The notes beneath the pieces were generated by a model. The model made no database searches and was not told where the DNA came from. It saw only the letters and a program-made list of their open reading frames with translations. From the NCBI RefSeq assembly GCF_004010195.1, contig NC_057711.1, forward strand, positions 77,536,341-77,597,050: a stretch of 60,710 bases of DNA, read 5' to 3'. Below, in pieces: positions 37,878 through 50,086 of the stretch. Every line of letters begins with the position of its first letter. The first letter of the stretch is position 1. The translations under genes were made by a program, and so were the position numbers. The stretch is from Chiloscyllium plagiosum (lineage: Eukaryota).

Positions 37878-39785
37878 GAGTCACAGAATCCTACAGCATG
37901 GAGACAGGTCCTTTGGCCCAAACTGGTCCATGCTGACCAAAATGTCCATCCAGGCTAACTCTATTTCCCTGCACTTGGCCATATCCTTCTAACCCTTTCC
38001 GATCATGTATTTGTCCAAATGCCTTTTAAATGTTGTTAATGAACCCACCTCAACCACTTCTGTTGGCAGCTCATTCCACATACGTACCACCCTCTGTGTA
38101 AAAGCGTTGCCCCTCAGGTTCCCTTTTGTCTTTCCCCTCTAACCTTAAACTGATGCCGTCTATTCCTCGAGTCCCCAACCCTGGGAGAAAGACTGTGTGC
38201 ATTCACCCTATCCATGCCTCTCATCTTATACATCTCTATAAGATCGCCTCTCAGTCTCCTAGGCTCTAAAGAAAAAAGTCCTAGTTTGTCCAACCTCTCC
38301 CTAAAACTCAGACCATTGAGTCCAGCCACCATCCTTGTAAATTTCTTCTGCAGTCTTTCCAGTTTAATAACATCTTTCGTATAACAAGGTTACCCAAACT
38401 GAACACAATGATCTAAGTGCAGCCTCACCAACATCCTGTATAACTGCAACATAACTTCCCAACTTCTATTCTCAATTACCTGATTGATGAAGACCAGTGT
38501 GCCAAAAGCCTTTTCACTGCCCTGGCTACCTGTGACTTCACTTTCAGAGAATTATGAACCTGAACTCCAAGATCCCTTTCTTCCACTATTCTCCGTAAAG
38601 CTCTACTATTCACCATGAAACTCCTACTTTGGTTTGACTTTCCAAAATGCAAAACCTCACACTTATCTACATTAAACTGCATTTGCCATTTCTCGGCCAA
38701 CTTTCCCAGCTGATCAAGGTCCCGCTGCAATTTCTGATAATCCTCCTCACTGTCCACAATACCGCCTATTTTAGTGTCATCACAAACTTACTGATCATGC
38801 CTTGTATATTCTCATCCAAATCATCGACATAGATAACAAAAAGGAATAGGCCCAGCACCGACCTCTGAGGCGCTTCACTCCACAGACTTCGAGTCTGACA
38901 AGCATCTTTCCACTATTACCGTCTGCTTCCTGCCATCAAGCCAATTTGGTATCCAATTTGCCAGCTCCCCCTGGATTCCACGTGATCTAATCTTCCAGAA
39001 CAGCCTGCTGTGTGGAACCTTCTCAAAGGCCTTACTGAAATTCATGTAGACTACGTCTACTGCCCTGCCTTCATCAACTTTCCTGGTCACTTCATCAAAG
39101 AACTTTAACAAGTTTGTGAGGCATGATCTCCCACTCACAAAGCAATGCTCACTACTCCTATTCAAACCCTGATGTTCCAAGTGCATGTTTGTCTTTCCTC
39201 TGAGAATCTTCTCAAGTATCTTACCCACCTCCGATGTTAAGCTTACTGGTCTGTAGTTTTCTTTGCAGCTTTTCTTGAATAATGGCACAACATTCACTAC
39301 CCTCCAGTCTTCTGGTACCTCACCTGTGGCTAACTTTAATGCAAAAATATCTGCCAGGGCTCCTGCATTTCGTCTCGAGCAGTTGCAGTGTTCTTAGATA
39401 TATCTGATCAGGGCCAGGAAATTTATCCATCTCCATACATTCTACTACATCCAACACCACCATTACTGTGATAGGGACTGTCCCCAAGATATCACCACTA
39501 ACTTCCCCAAGTCTTCATGTCTTTTCCATGGTAAACACAGAGGAGAGATATTCATTGAGAATCTTGCCCATCTTCTGTGGTTCTACACGTATATGTCCAC
39601 TTTGGTCCTTGAGGAGCCTTATTCTATCTCTAGTTATCCTTTTTCCTTTAGTATACTTAAAGTACCTCATTGGATTCATCCTAGTCTTCTCAGCCAAAGC
39701 TATCTCATATGCCCTTCTCACCCTCCTGATTTCCTTCTTCAGTAAACTCTTGTATTCCTTGCATGCCTCCAGGTATATACTTATA
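37878..39785 (-). mobile_element. 5'-truncated CR1 LINE (RT and tail)
   Basis: Minus ORFs 'NVVPLFKK..NYRPVSLTS..YMNFSKAFEKVPH', 'WQMQFNVDKCEVLHFG', 'RRLRGDLIEMYK'. Confidence 0.94.
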
Positions 39786-39949
39786 TGGCATGAATGTTAC
39801 TTGTCACTTTAAAGTTAAATCTGAATGTTGTCCAGGTCTTGCCACGTTTAAGCACACCTCCTCTGATGCTGAAGAAGTCTGTGAATGGTACTAAGCATTA
39901 TGCAATCACCAGCAAATATCTTCAATTCTGACCTTGTGGTGGAAGGTAG

Positions 39950-40140
39950 TTATAGAGCATAGAACAGTACAGCCCACCATCTCTGTGCCGTTCTAAACTG
40001 ATCCCATCTGCTGGAACATGGCCTGTATCCGTATATTCCCTGCCTGTTCATGTGTCTGTCTATATGCCTCTTAAATGTTGCTGTTGTACCTGCTTCTACC
40101 ACCTCACTTGGCAGTGTATTCCAGGCACCTACCACCTTTA
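39950..40140 (-). mobile_element. CR1 3' end
   Basis: 'VVGAWNTLPSEVVEAGT..FKRHIDRHM' plus tail. Confidence 0.88.
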
Positions 40141-41586
40141 TCCCCAATTCCCATTGAGTCTAGTTTTGTTACGATTCTTTGATGCTACATTCAGACAAAC
40201 GCTGCCTTGATATCAAGGACATTAATTTTAAGGAACCTCTGGAGTTGTCTGTATTTGCACCAAGGCTGTAATGAGGTCAGGAACTGGGTGGCCAACTACA
40301 TGTCAGCAATCAGATCATTGATGAGTATGTGTCACTTGATAACTCTGCAGAATGACTCACTTCATCACTTTCTTGATGATTGAGAACAGACTGACAGGAC
40401 AGTAGCTGGCCAGGGTGGATTTGTCTTGGGTTTGGGCACAGGACATGGATAAGCAATTTTGCATAGACAAACACATGGCTGGGTGGATGCCAATGCTCTA
40501 GCTGCATTGGAAAAGTTTGGTTGGGGGTGTAGACAGTGCTGGAACACATGCCTTCAGTTCTATTGTTGGAATGTTTTCAGGAACAATAGCCTTTGCAGTA
40601 TCCAATACTTTCTACCATTATTTTATATCAGGTGGAGTGAATCATATTGGCTGAAGACTCGTGTGATACTGGAAACGTTATGAGGAGGCTAAGATGGATC
40701 ATCCTTAGCACTTCAAGCTGGAAATGTTGCAAATGCCTCAGCTTTACCTGTTGCACTATTATACTAGGAACCCAGTCAGTGAGGATGGAGATAGTTGTGG
40801 AGCACTCTCCTTCTATCATTTATTTAATTGTCTACAAACATTCAGGACTGGATGTGTCAGGACAACAGATCTGTTGGCTGTGGGATCATTTAATTCTATC
40901 TCAAGATTCTATCTTTCTTGTCATGCAAGAAAGTCTGTAGAATTCCCTGCCCCAGACAGCAGTGGAGTCCGGGTCACTGAATCTCAATTGAGATCGGCAG
41001 TTTGATCTACAAGGAGAGACCACACCAGCCGTGATTGTGATGGGCCAAATGGCCAACTCCTGTTCCTCGAGTCTACTCTCCCACAGGGAATAGCAGCTAA
41101 TACAACACTGGCCTCAGTAAAATGTTCCCAATCCAGAGAGAAGTTACAGCACAGTAGCTAGATGGTTCATTTACATGCCCCACATGAGCAAGAATCCTAA
41201 ACTCACTAGTAGAGGCAGGGACAGAAATCATGGGTCCCACTGTAGTCCTGGCTCAGGACCTTCTGACTCAAGCTGACCACAGCAAGCCCTCAACAGCCTG
41301 AGGCCCCAGTTACAGAGCCCTGATGTGCCTATGTCTCCCATTTCCTTTCTCTTAACCACTTGGCACTTTTAATATTCTGTTTTCAGCTGCCAGCTTTGCT
41401 AGCTATTGTGCAGACACAAACCCATGCTGTTTAAAATAAAGAAAAGCATCCTCATTACCAAACATCTTTGTCTTGATGCTTTGCCTTTTTGTTTTCCCAA
41501 GTTATTAAAAGGAAGAAGCCCACGGTGGAAAAACTACTTGATACTAAGGAGAACTATTCCAGCACTCCTCCTGATTCGACCCCACT

Positions 41587-41822
41587 GCTTTTTCATGCAA
41601 AGGATGGTGTGTGTATGGAATGAGCTGCCAGAGGAAGTGGTGGAAGTTGGTACAATGACAACATTTAAAAGGCATCTGGATAGGTATATGAATAGGAATG
41701 GTTTAGAAGGATATGGACAAAGTGCTGGCAAATGGGACTAGATTAGGTTGGGATATCTGGTCAGCATGGGACGAGTTGGACCGAAGGGTCTGTTTCTGTG
41801 CTGTACATCTTATCTCTATCTC
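41587..41822 (+). mobile_element. CR1 3' end
   Basis: 'FFMQRMVCVWNELPEEVVEVGTMTTFKRHLDRYM' plus tail. Confidence 0.9.
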
Positions 41823-41875
41823 GTATTTCTAAGTACTGTGTTGTAGGTTCACGAGGTTGACACCTCATTTTAACA

Positions 41876-43399
41876 CCTACAAATGTTCGGGACACTACCC
41901 ACGCCCTCCACATCCTCCAAGATTTCCATTTCCCTGGCCCCCAACGCCTCATCTTCACCATGGACATCCAGTCCCTATACACCTCTATCCGCCATGACCA
42001 GGGCCTCCAAGCCCTCCGTTTCTTCCTCTCGCGATGTCCCCACCAGTTCCCTTCCATAGATACTCTAATTCTTTTGGCTGAACTGGTTCTCACCCTCAAC
42101 AATTTCTCCTTCAAATCCTCCCACTTCCTCCAGATGAAAGGGGTAGCTAAGGGCACCTGCAAGGGCCCCAGCTACACCTATCTTTTTGTCGGCTACATGG
42201 AACAATCTATCTTCTGCAAGTACACCGGCACCACTCCCCACCTTTTCCTCCGCTACACTGATGACTGCATCGGTGCCACCTTGTGCTCCCACGAGGAGGG
42301 TGAACAGTTCATCAACACATTCTACCCTGACCTTAAATTCACCTGGACCATCTCTGACACTTCCCTCACCTTCCTGGACCTCTCCATCTCCATCAATGGT
42401 GACCGACTCAACACTGATATTTTCTACAAACCCACCAACTCCCACAGGTACCTGGATTACATCTCCTCCCACCCTGCCTCCTGTAAAAATGCTATTCTGT
42501 ATTCCCAACCTGCCTCCTGTAAAAATGCTATTCTGTATTCCCAATTCCTCCGCCTCTGCCGCATCTGCTCTCAGGAGGACCAGTACCATCACAGAACACA
42601 CCAGATGGCCTCCTTCTTTAAAGATCCCATGTGGTTGATGATGCCCTCCAGCGTAGCTCATCCACTTCTTGCACCTCCTCCCTCGAACCCCACCCTTCCC
42701 AGCGCAACAAGGACAGAACGCCCCTGGTACTCACCTTCCATCCCACCAACCTCTGTATACATTGCATCATCCTCTGCCATTTCCACCACCTACAAATAGA
42801 CCCCACCACCAGAGATATATTTCCCACCCCATCCGCTTTCTGTAAATACTGTTCCCTCCGTGACTACCTCGTCAGGTCCACGCCCCCCCCAAACCCACCC
42901 TCCCGTCCTGGCATCTTCCCCTGCCACCGCAGAAATTGCAAAACTTTCGCCCACACCTCCTCCCTCACCTCCATCCAAGGCCCAAAGGAGCCTTCCACAT
43001 CCATCAAAGTTTTTCTTGCACATCCACCAATATCATTTATTGTATCCATTGCTCGCGATGTGTTCTCCTCTACATTGGGGAAACTGGACGCCTCCTAGCA
43101 GAGCGCTTTATGGAACATCTCTGGGACACCTTCCCACCTGAACGCTCCACCCTCCCCTCTGACCTATCACCATTACCCCCACCTCCATTCACTTATCGCA
43201 CTCACAGCTACCTTCTCCCCAGTTTCATCCCCTCCTATTTATCTCTCCACCCCCGAGGCTCCCAGTCTCATTCCTGATGAAGGGCTTTTACCTGAAACGT
43301 CGATTTTCCTGCTCCTCGGAAGCTGCCTGACCTGCTGTGCTTTTCCAGTACCACACTCTCAACTCTAATCTCCAGCTTCTGCAGTCCTCACTTTCACCG
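41876..43399 (+). mobile_element. Longest Penelope-like copy: RT core, Cys-rich linker, GIY-YIG N-terminal half, internal deletion at ~43130, terminal repeat
   Basis: 'MDIQSLYTSI', 'QMKGVAKGT..GPSY', 'LRYTDDC', 'PCHRRNCKT', 'IIYCIHCSRCVLLYIGETGR'; TSD acctcattttaaca (41862-41875) / acctcatttttaca (43400-43413); the Cys-rich linker suggests the Neptune group. Confidence 0.95.
43270..43305 (+). ncRNA. Minimal hammerhead ribozyme motif
   Basis: CUGAUGA(43274)-A-GGGCUUUUACCU-GAAACGUC(43301); stem II partly decayed. Confidence 0.55.
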
Positions 43400-43772
43400 A
43401 CCTCATTTTTACATATGGCCAGTGCTATCCAAGAAGGTGGCTCTTCTTCCTATACACTTTATTGAAGCAGGCTGATACCGTGACACCTCTTACGGTCCAG
43501 GGTCAATGTTGTGGACTCCCAGGGCAATTCTCTCCCTAATGTATTCTAATGTTCCACTGCTGTTAGTGCAACGCCCTGCTGGTGGGAAAGGAAATGCCCA
43601 GGGATAATGCACCTGGGACATTATCTGTAAAACATGATTCTGTAAAAATGACAGTGTCAAGCTGTTGCTTGATTAGGCTATGGGACTTTGCTTGGGCTAT
43701 GGAACCAGCTGCAAAGTTAGTAAGGAGGATGTTGCAGTGAATCTACAAAGCTGGGTTTGGCATTGCCATTTT

Positions 43773-43946
43773 CAGAAGTCACACAAACCAGGTTATAGTC
43801 CAATAGGTTTATTTGAAATCACAAGCTTTCGGAGTGCTGCTCCTTCTTCAGGTAAAGTCTGATGATAGTTTGTGATTTCCAATAGACCTGTTAGACTATA
43901 ACCTAGTGTCGTATGAGTTCTGACTTTGGTTGCCCCAGTCCCACAT
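43773..43946 (+). mobile_element. Fold-back mini-element of a second Penelope-like family, with 12-bp TSD
   Basis: Arms 'tcagaagtcacacaaaccaggttatagtccaataggtttatttgaaatcacaagct' and 'agtttgtgatttccaatagacctgttagactataacctagtgtcgtatgagttctga'; TSD cattgccatttt at 43761-43772 / 43947-43958. Confidence 0.82.
43820..43855 (-). ncRNA. Minimal hammerhead ribozyme motif, second family
   Basis: Minus strand: CUGAAGA-A-GGAG(CAGCA)CUCC-GAAAGCUU; palindrome is AGCU rather than ACGU. Confidence 0.6.
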
Positions 43947-44229
43947 CATTGCCATTTTTGGCATCTACTTTGCTGGTGGGTGGTCTGTCCAGTTTAATGT
44001 CTTTTGTATTTCTAATAGTTTGAGTCAACTGAGTGGCTTGTTAGGGCATCAAAGAGTCAACCACATTTCTGTAAGTCTGATGGAAAACAGTAGGGCTTCT
44101 TCCTTAATGTGCATTAATAAACTGTGCATTTATGACAATTAATAATCATGGTCAATATTACAAATTTTAATCCAGATTTATTAATTGAATTAAATCCATT
44201 TGCTTAAAAACTGTGGCCCCAGAGTACTG

Positions 44230-44323
44230 AGGGAATGTGAGGACTGCAGATGCTGGAGATCAGAATTAAAAAGTGTGGTGCTGGAAAAGCACAGCCAGTC
44301 AGGCAGCATCTCTGAAGCAGGAG
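44230..44323 (-). mobile_element. Penelope terminal-repeat fragment lacking the hammerhead core
   Basis: 'gtgaggactgcagatgctggagatcag...gtcaggcagcatctctgaagcaggag'. Confidence 0.85.
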
Positions 44324-45134
44324 CTCCTCTTAGAAGTTGATCTCAGATGGAGGATGTTTTAACTCACCAGTTCTCAGTGTCATGCATTGTGCACGTTGCT
44401 CATACGAAGCATTTGACACTTTGAGTGGCTTGGGAAAATTCCTCTTTGGCTAGGTTGACTCAGTTTTGTTCAATGAGATGTTGTTTGAAGTTACCTTTAA
44501 ATCTAACCTGTAACTAAAGATGATTGGCTGTCAGGAATTCATGCATATTCAGTGCTGTTTTCCTCCACAAAGTAAGGCTAGAATTCAAGCTTCTTTTCAT
44601 TTGGCTTAGTTTTGTCCTGGATAATGAAGATCGTTGAGCTCAATTATAGAACTCTTAAATATAGCTTATTCAAGCAACACAATATATTTAACAAGTATCC
44701 CAGCTGTGACAATCAGCATGTCATGCAGATAGCAAATGTTGGAATTAATTTTCCATAAAGAATAACTTGATCTTAGAGTGACGTTCAAAGAAGTGTATCA
44801 CCAGGCACTCTTCAAACTTCCGTGGAGAAATCGATTGAAATGCTCACTTCATATTTCATTGTATAGGACAAAAAATATAATGAAATTCCCGGCTTTAACC
44901 TTTATAACTTTACCATTTTTATAGCAATGTACCATCAATTCAAAGTTACTGGAAGAAAGCAAATTAAATAAAATTTTAAATGAAATTCTTTGCTGATGTT
45001 TTACACATATGGATGCTGATTTGCTTCTTTCTCATATATTTAAATAGTGCCAGAAATCTATCAATGGAATTGGTTTTGCTAATAAGAACAACCACTTTGA
45101 AACCTGATTTTCTGAGAATCAGTAGTTAATGATC

Positions 45135-45675
45135 TCATAGAGTCTTGGAGCCATAAAGTACAGAATTGGCCCTTCTGCACATCAAGTCTGCATTTACCGA
45201 GCTACACAAATCCCACTTTCCAGCACTTGGCCCATAGCCTTGAATGCTATGGCATTTCAAGTGTTCATCCACTTTTTAAATTTTGTGAGGTCTCCTGTCT
45301 CTACTACCCTCCCAGGCAATGCATTCCAATCCCAACCACTTTCTAGATGAATAAGTATGTCCTCAAATCTCAAAGCCTCCTTCCTTTCACCTTAAAAGTG
45401 TGTTACCTTATTACTGATCTTTCAACAAGGGGGCACAGTTGCTTTCCATCCAACCTTTCCATGACCCTCATAATCTTACACCCTCTAATAGATCACCCCT
45501 CTACCATTTCTGTTCCAAAGAAAACAACCCAAGCCTAACCAGCTCCTCTTCATTGCTAATGTGCTCCATCTCAGGCTACATCCTACTGAATCTCCTCTGT
45601 ATCCCCTCCAGTGCAATCACTGGATTGCACTTCCTATAGTAAGGCAATCAGAATCACATACAGTTCTTCAGCTGT
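45135..45675 (-). mobile_element. CR1 3' fragment
   Basis: Reverse CR1 tail and C-terminal coding remnant, similar to 37878-38450. Confidence 0.8.
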
Positions 45676-46074
45676 GTCTCTTTTTCCTCTCTTGCTTCTC
45701 AAGCAGTGTGGAATATAACTAATCACACGTGGACATTTGTTCACTTCTAAGTGTATCAAAAACTTCAGTATCTTCTGACTCCCTGTGTCAGTCTGAGGTT
45801 GTGTTGCTTGTTGCTCAGTTATTTCTCTGTTGTTGACAGGCGTGCACAAATAGATCTCTATTCACAATGAAGCCAGTTACCATTCAATACTTAAAATGTC
45901 CAATGCTGGTACTTTGTGAAGATTAAAAAAATGCTTTAATATCAGTAAAATTTGTAACTTAGATCCTAGATTACAAATGTACAATATAGGCACCTATTAT
46001 CTGTCTTACACTTGTCAAGAAATGTGATAAGTTAATAAAATTTAAAAATGAATAATGGGTAACCAAGCTAATCT

Positions 46075-46960
46075 GTTCCCATTGTAAAGCCATTCTATCC
46101 AAAAATGAAATCCCTTGCCAATCTTATCCATCTCGACTTAAAAGTATTCAGTTATTCCACTTTCACTATCTTCTCAGGCAAAGATTTCCAAAGTCACACC
46201 TTCCTTTGAGAGAAAACAGAACTTCCCTTCACCTCGGTCCTAAAAAACCTAATATCAAAACAATGTCCCCTAGTTCTGGACTCACTCATAAGAGTAAACA
46301 TCTGTTCCACGTTCACCTTGTCAAGGATCTTATAAATTTCAATCATATCACCCCTCGGTCTTCTAAACTTTAATGAAAACTCGGCCAGCCTATCTAATCT
46401 TTCCTCATGAGGTAACCTGTTCATTTCAAGTATTGTGCTGGAAAAGCACAGCAGGTCAGGCAGCATCTGATGAGCAGGAGAATTGATGTTTCGGGCATAA
46501 GCCCTTCATCAGAGAGGGCTTACTATCATCAGGCTTATGCCTGAAACGTCAATTCTCTGTCTACTCGAATGCTGCTTGACCAACTGTGCTTTTCCAGCAC
46601 GACACTCTCAACTCTGATCTACAGATCTGCAGTCCTCACTTTCTCCTCATTTTAAAAATTACATTCTTCATTAAATGAGGAGGCCAGAATTGCACAGAAT
46701 ATTTGAGATTTGGTCTCACTAATGCCCTGTATAACCGAAGCTTGGAATCCTTGCTTTTACATTCAGTTCCATTCTTAATAAAGTAAGCATTCTGAGTCTT
46801 CTTAATCACTTGCTATATCTGCATAGTAACTTCTTGCGACTCGTTCGCTCGAACATTTATATCTCTCTGCACCTCAAAACTTTGCCTTGGTTCTCTAGTT
46901 ACATTATACTCTGTTTTTGTATTTTACCCACCAGTGTGAATAACTTTACATTTTCCCACA
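46075..46960 (-). mobile_element. Old CR1 fragment interrupted by a Penelope fold-back
   Basis: 'LPHEERLDRL..FSLKFRRPRGDMIEIYKIL'. Confidence 0.8.
46435..46646 (+). mobile_element. Fold-back Penelope-derived mini-element with scrambled centre
   Basis: Left arm 46435-46512 (hammerhead on -), right arm from ~46531, tail to 46646; decayed TSD tcatttcaagtatt / tcattttaaaaatt (11/14). Confidence 0.85.
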
Positions 46961-48862
46961 TTATACTCTATATTCTTAATCATTTAATCTGTTTTATGAG
47001 TCTACATCTTGCATTTTCAAAATTTGTCAGGATGTGATATGATCTGTCCCCTTAACTGCCTCCTCAACCAAGGTATCCAGAGCAGCATCAGAAAACCCTG
47101 GATCCTGCTGTCTGCATTGTTGAGACAAGATTGACTTTTCTTCAATACTGATTGTCTTTCTACAGATACCTTTACACTTGCTCCATCCAGAAAACAGCAC
47201 AACTTTAAGAGGAGCAGGTTGATTTTAAGTGGCACATTTATCTCTAATTGGTGCAAGACCTGCAAAGACCTGGATTCCTGGCTGAGGTGTGCAGTCACTC
47301 ATGACTTTGTTTAGCACTGGCTTAATATTACAATTCTCCCAAGTTTGCATGTAATACAAAGTTGGCATCCTGCCTGTAGGAAAAGAAAACAGGTGTGGGT
47401 TAATTGCACATCACAATCTACATGTTCATTTTTGAGAGATGTCCAATTCAGCCCTCTAATATTTTTTCCTCCTCAAACTAACAAGCCATGTATCAAGCAG
47501 TTAAAAAAAATCACAATTCTTGGTAAAGCAAGAGTAGTAGGATTGGGAAAAAGGATAGATTCTTGACAGCCCAGTAAGGTATGTGAGGATTGGTTCATTT
47601 TAATTATTCTTAGTTTCAACATTTTTTTTAGTGACATGCCTCACTGAGAGAATATTTACTTGTCAAGCTAACAAGAGCTTCTCTCCTCACCTATTATTAG
47701 CTTACATAAGCACCAATCATTTGAAGCGAATACAAAATCATTGAAAACACTTCAGGCAATGTTTGGTGTAACACACCCTCCTTTGAACATGGTCAAAAAA
47801 CAGGGCTAATCCAGCTGAAAAGAGAAAAATACAGTTGCATAAGGAAATATCAGTTTAATGAATAAAGGGATCTTGACACTACTTGACATTCATTCTTTAT
47901 TACCAAGTTCTAGTTTCCCTTGTTCACTAAGAGTTATTATGAAATGCCTGTGGAAAATAAATGAACACCAGGCATTACAATAATGCAAGAGGCTCATACC
48001 TCTATTTAAGAAACCCTGGGTCATCCAACAAAGCACCAGACATTAAATTATATTTGACAGCAGCCACAGGCTATGACAAGCTAGAACCTTGACCCAGTCT
48101 TCAGGTCTTAGTTTGGAAAAGGTAGATTTAGTTTTGCTGGTATTTTTGTGTTTCTTAAAAGCAAAATGCAAATCTTGTAGTTAACTAATAAATAATTTAT
48201 AAAGAGGAGGAGGAACTTTCACAAAAGGATGCAGTGGCTATTGGAAAATGTATTTTTTTTGTTATTTTTATGAAATCATGCTGGAGGCTGTAGCATATAA
48301 ATGTATTTAAAATGACATTATTATTTAGGAAAATATTTTGTTATTTTGGAAAATAGATTAAAATTTACCATAAATTGCCAAGGCATACAAGTCTATGGGC
48401 CAAGAGTGGAAAATAAGGTTAGAATAGTTAGATGCCTGCTTTTGACTGGTACAGATCTATTGGGCTTAAGGGCCTATTTCTGTGCTGCATACCCCTATGA
48501 TTCTGTGACTCTATACTTTGTAGCATATGTGTTGATATAGCACAAAGGGCAATTCAAACTCTTGCTTCCAAATATCATATTTATGAATACATTTGGTGTA
48601 CAATTTGACTCCAGTTTTCCACCATGACAAGTTATTCCCATATTAATAGTCAGCATCAATTTTTTACACTACAAATAAATGTTTTACTCACTGGTACCTT
48701 AAGACTAGGTGCAAAGGATCAGCAGGCAATAGAGACATACATTGTCAAATCACAAATGGGTTTAAAACATGCCCACAGAGAGCAGATCCGATGTGGCAAA
48801 CAACAAAGATAGTGAACACATACAGCTACACAGGAGGTTCTCCTTTATATCTAAAATATAAG

Positions 48863-50086
48863 GAGAAAGTGAGGACTGCAGATGCTGGAGATCAGAGCTG
48901 AAAAATGTGTTGCTGGAAAAGCGCAGCAGGTCAGGCAGCATCAAAGGAGCAGGAGAATCGACGTTTCGGGCATAAGCCCTTCTTCAGGAATGAGGAGGGT
49001 GTGCCAAGCAGGCTAAGATAAAACGTAGGGAGGAGAGACTTGGGGGAGGGGCGTTGGGAATGCGATAGGTGAGGGTGATAGGCCAGAGAGGGGGTGGGGG
49101 CGGAGAGGTCGGGAAGAAGATTGCAGGTCAAGAAGGCGGTGCTGAGTCCGAGGGTTGGGACTGAGAAAAGGTGGGGGGAGGGGAAATGAGGAAGGTGGAG
49201 AAATCTGCATTCATCCCTTGTGGTTGGAGAGTTCCTAAGCGGAAGATGAGGCGCTCTTCCTCCAAGCGTTGTGTTGCTATGGTCAGGCGATGGAGGAGGC
49301 CAAGGACCTGCACGTCCTTGACGGAGTGGGAGGGGGAGTTAAAGTGTTCAGCCACGGGGTGGTTGGGTTGGTTAGTGCGGATGTCCCAGAGGTGTTCCCT
49401 GAAACGTTCCGCAAGTAGGCGGCCTGTCTCCCCAATGTATAGGAGGCCACATCGGGTGCAGCGGATGCAGTAAATGGTGTGTGTGGAGGTGCAGGTGAAT
49501 TTGTGATGGATATGGAAGATTCCCTTGGGGCCTTGGAGGGAAGTGAGGGGGGAGGTGTGGGCTCAAGTTTTGCATTTCTTGCAGTTGCAGGGGAAGGTGC
49601 TGGGAGTGGAGGTTGGGTTGGTGGGGGGTGTGGACCTGACGAGGGAGTCGCAGAGGGAGTCGTCTTTCCGGAACGCTGATAGGGGAGGGGAGGGAAATAT
49701 ATCCTTGGTGTTGGGGTCTGTTTGGAGGTGGCAGAAATGGCGAACACTTTAACTCCCCCTCCCACTCCGCCAAGGACATGCAGGTCCTTGGCCTCCTCCA
49801 TCGCCAGACCATGGCAACATGCCGCCTGGAGGAAGAGCGCCTCATCTTCCACTTAGGAACCCTCCAACCACAAGGGATGAATGCAGATTTCTCCACCTTC
49901 CTCATTTCCCCTCCCCCCACCTTTTCTCAGTCCCAACCCTTGGACTCAGCACCGCCTTCTTGACCTGCAATCTTCTTCCCAACCTCTCCGCCCCCAACCC
50001 CTCTCCAGCCTATCACCTTCACCTTAACCTCCTTCCACCTATTGCATTCACAACACCCCTCCTCCAAGTCCTTCCTCCCTACCTTT
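48863..50086 (-). mobile_element. Penelope-like insertion: 3' part on the minus strand (48863-49741) plus an inverted copy of its downstream region (49743-50086)
   Basis: GIY-YIG 'IYCIRCTRCGLLYIGETGRLLAERFREH' on -; TSD tatctaaaatataag (48848-48862) / tatccaaaatataag (50087-50101). Confidence 0.94.
48956..48991 (-). ncRNA. Minimal hammerhead ribozyme motif (best preserved)
   Basis: Minus strand: AUUC-CUGAAGA-A-GGGC(UUAU)GCCC-GAAACGUC-GAUU. Confidence 0.7.

Larger units (their letters stand above)
37565..40930 (-). mobile_element. Second-family LINE remnant split into three pieces (37565-37875, ~39785-39948, ~40140-40930) by CR1 insertions
   Basis: Sequence is collinear with the 50440-52720 copy across the insertions ('ggagatggtcatt..cctg' / 'gaatgttactt'). 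Confidence 0.7.
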
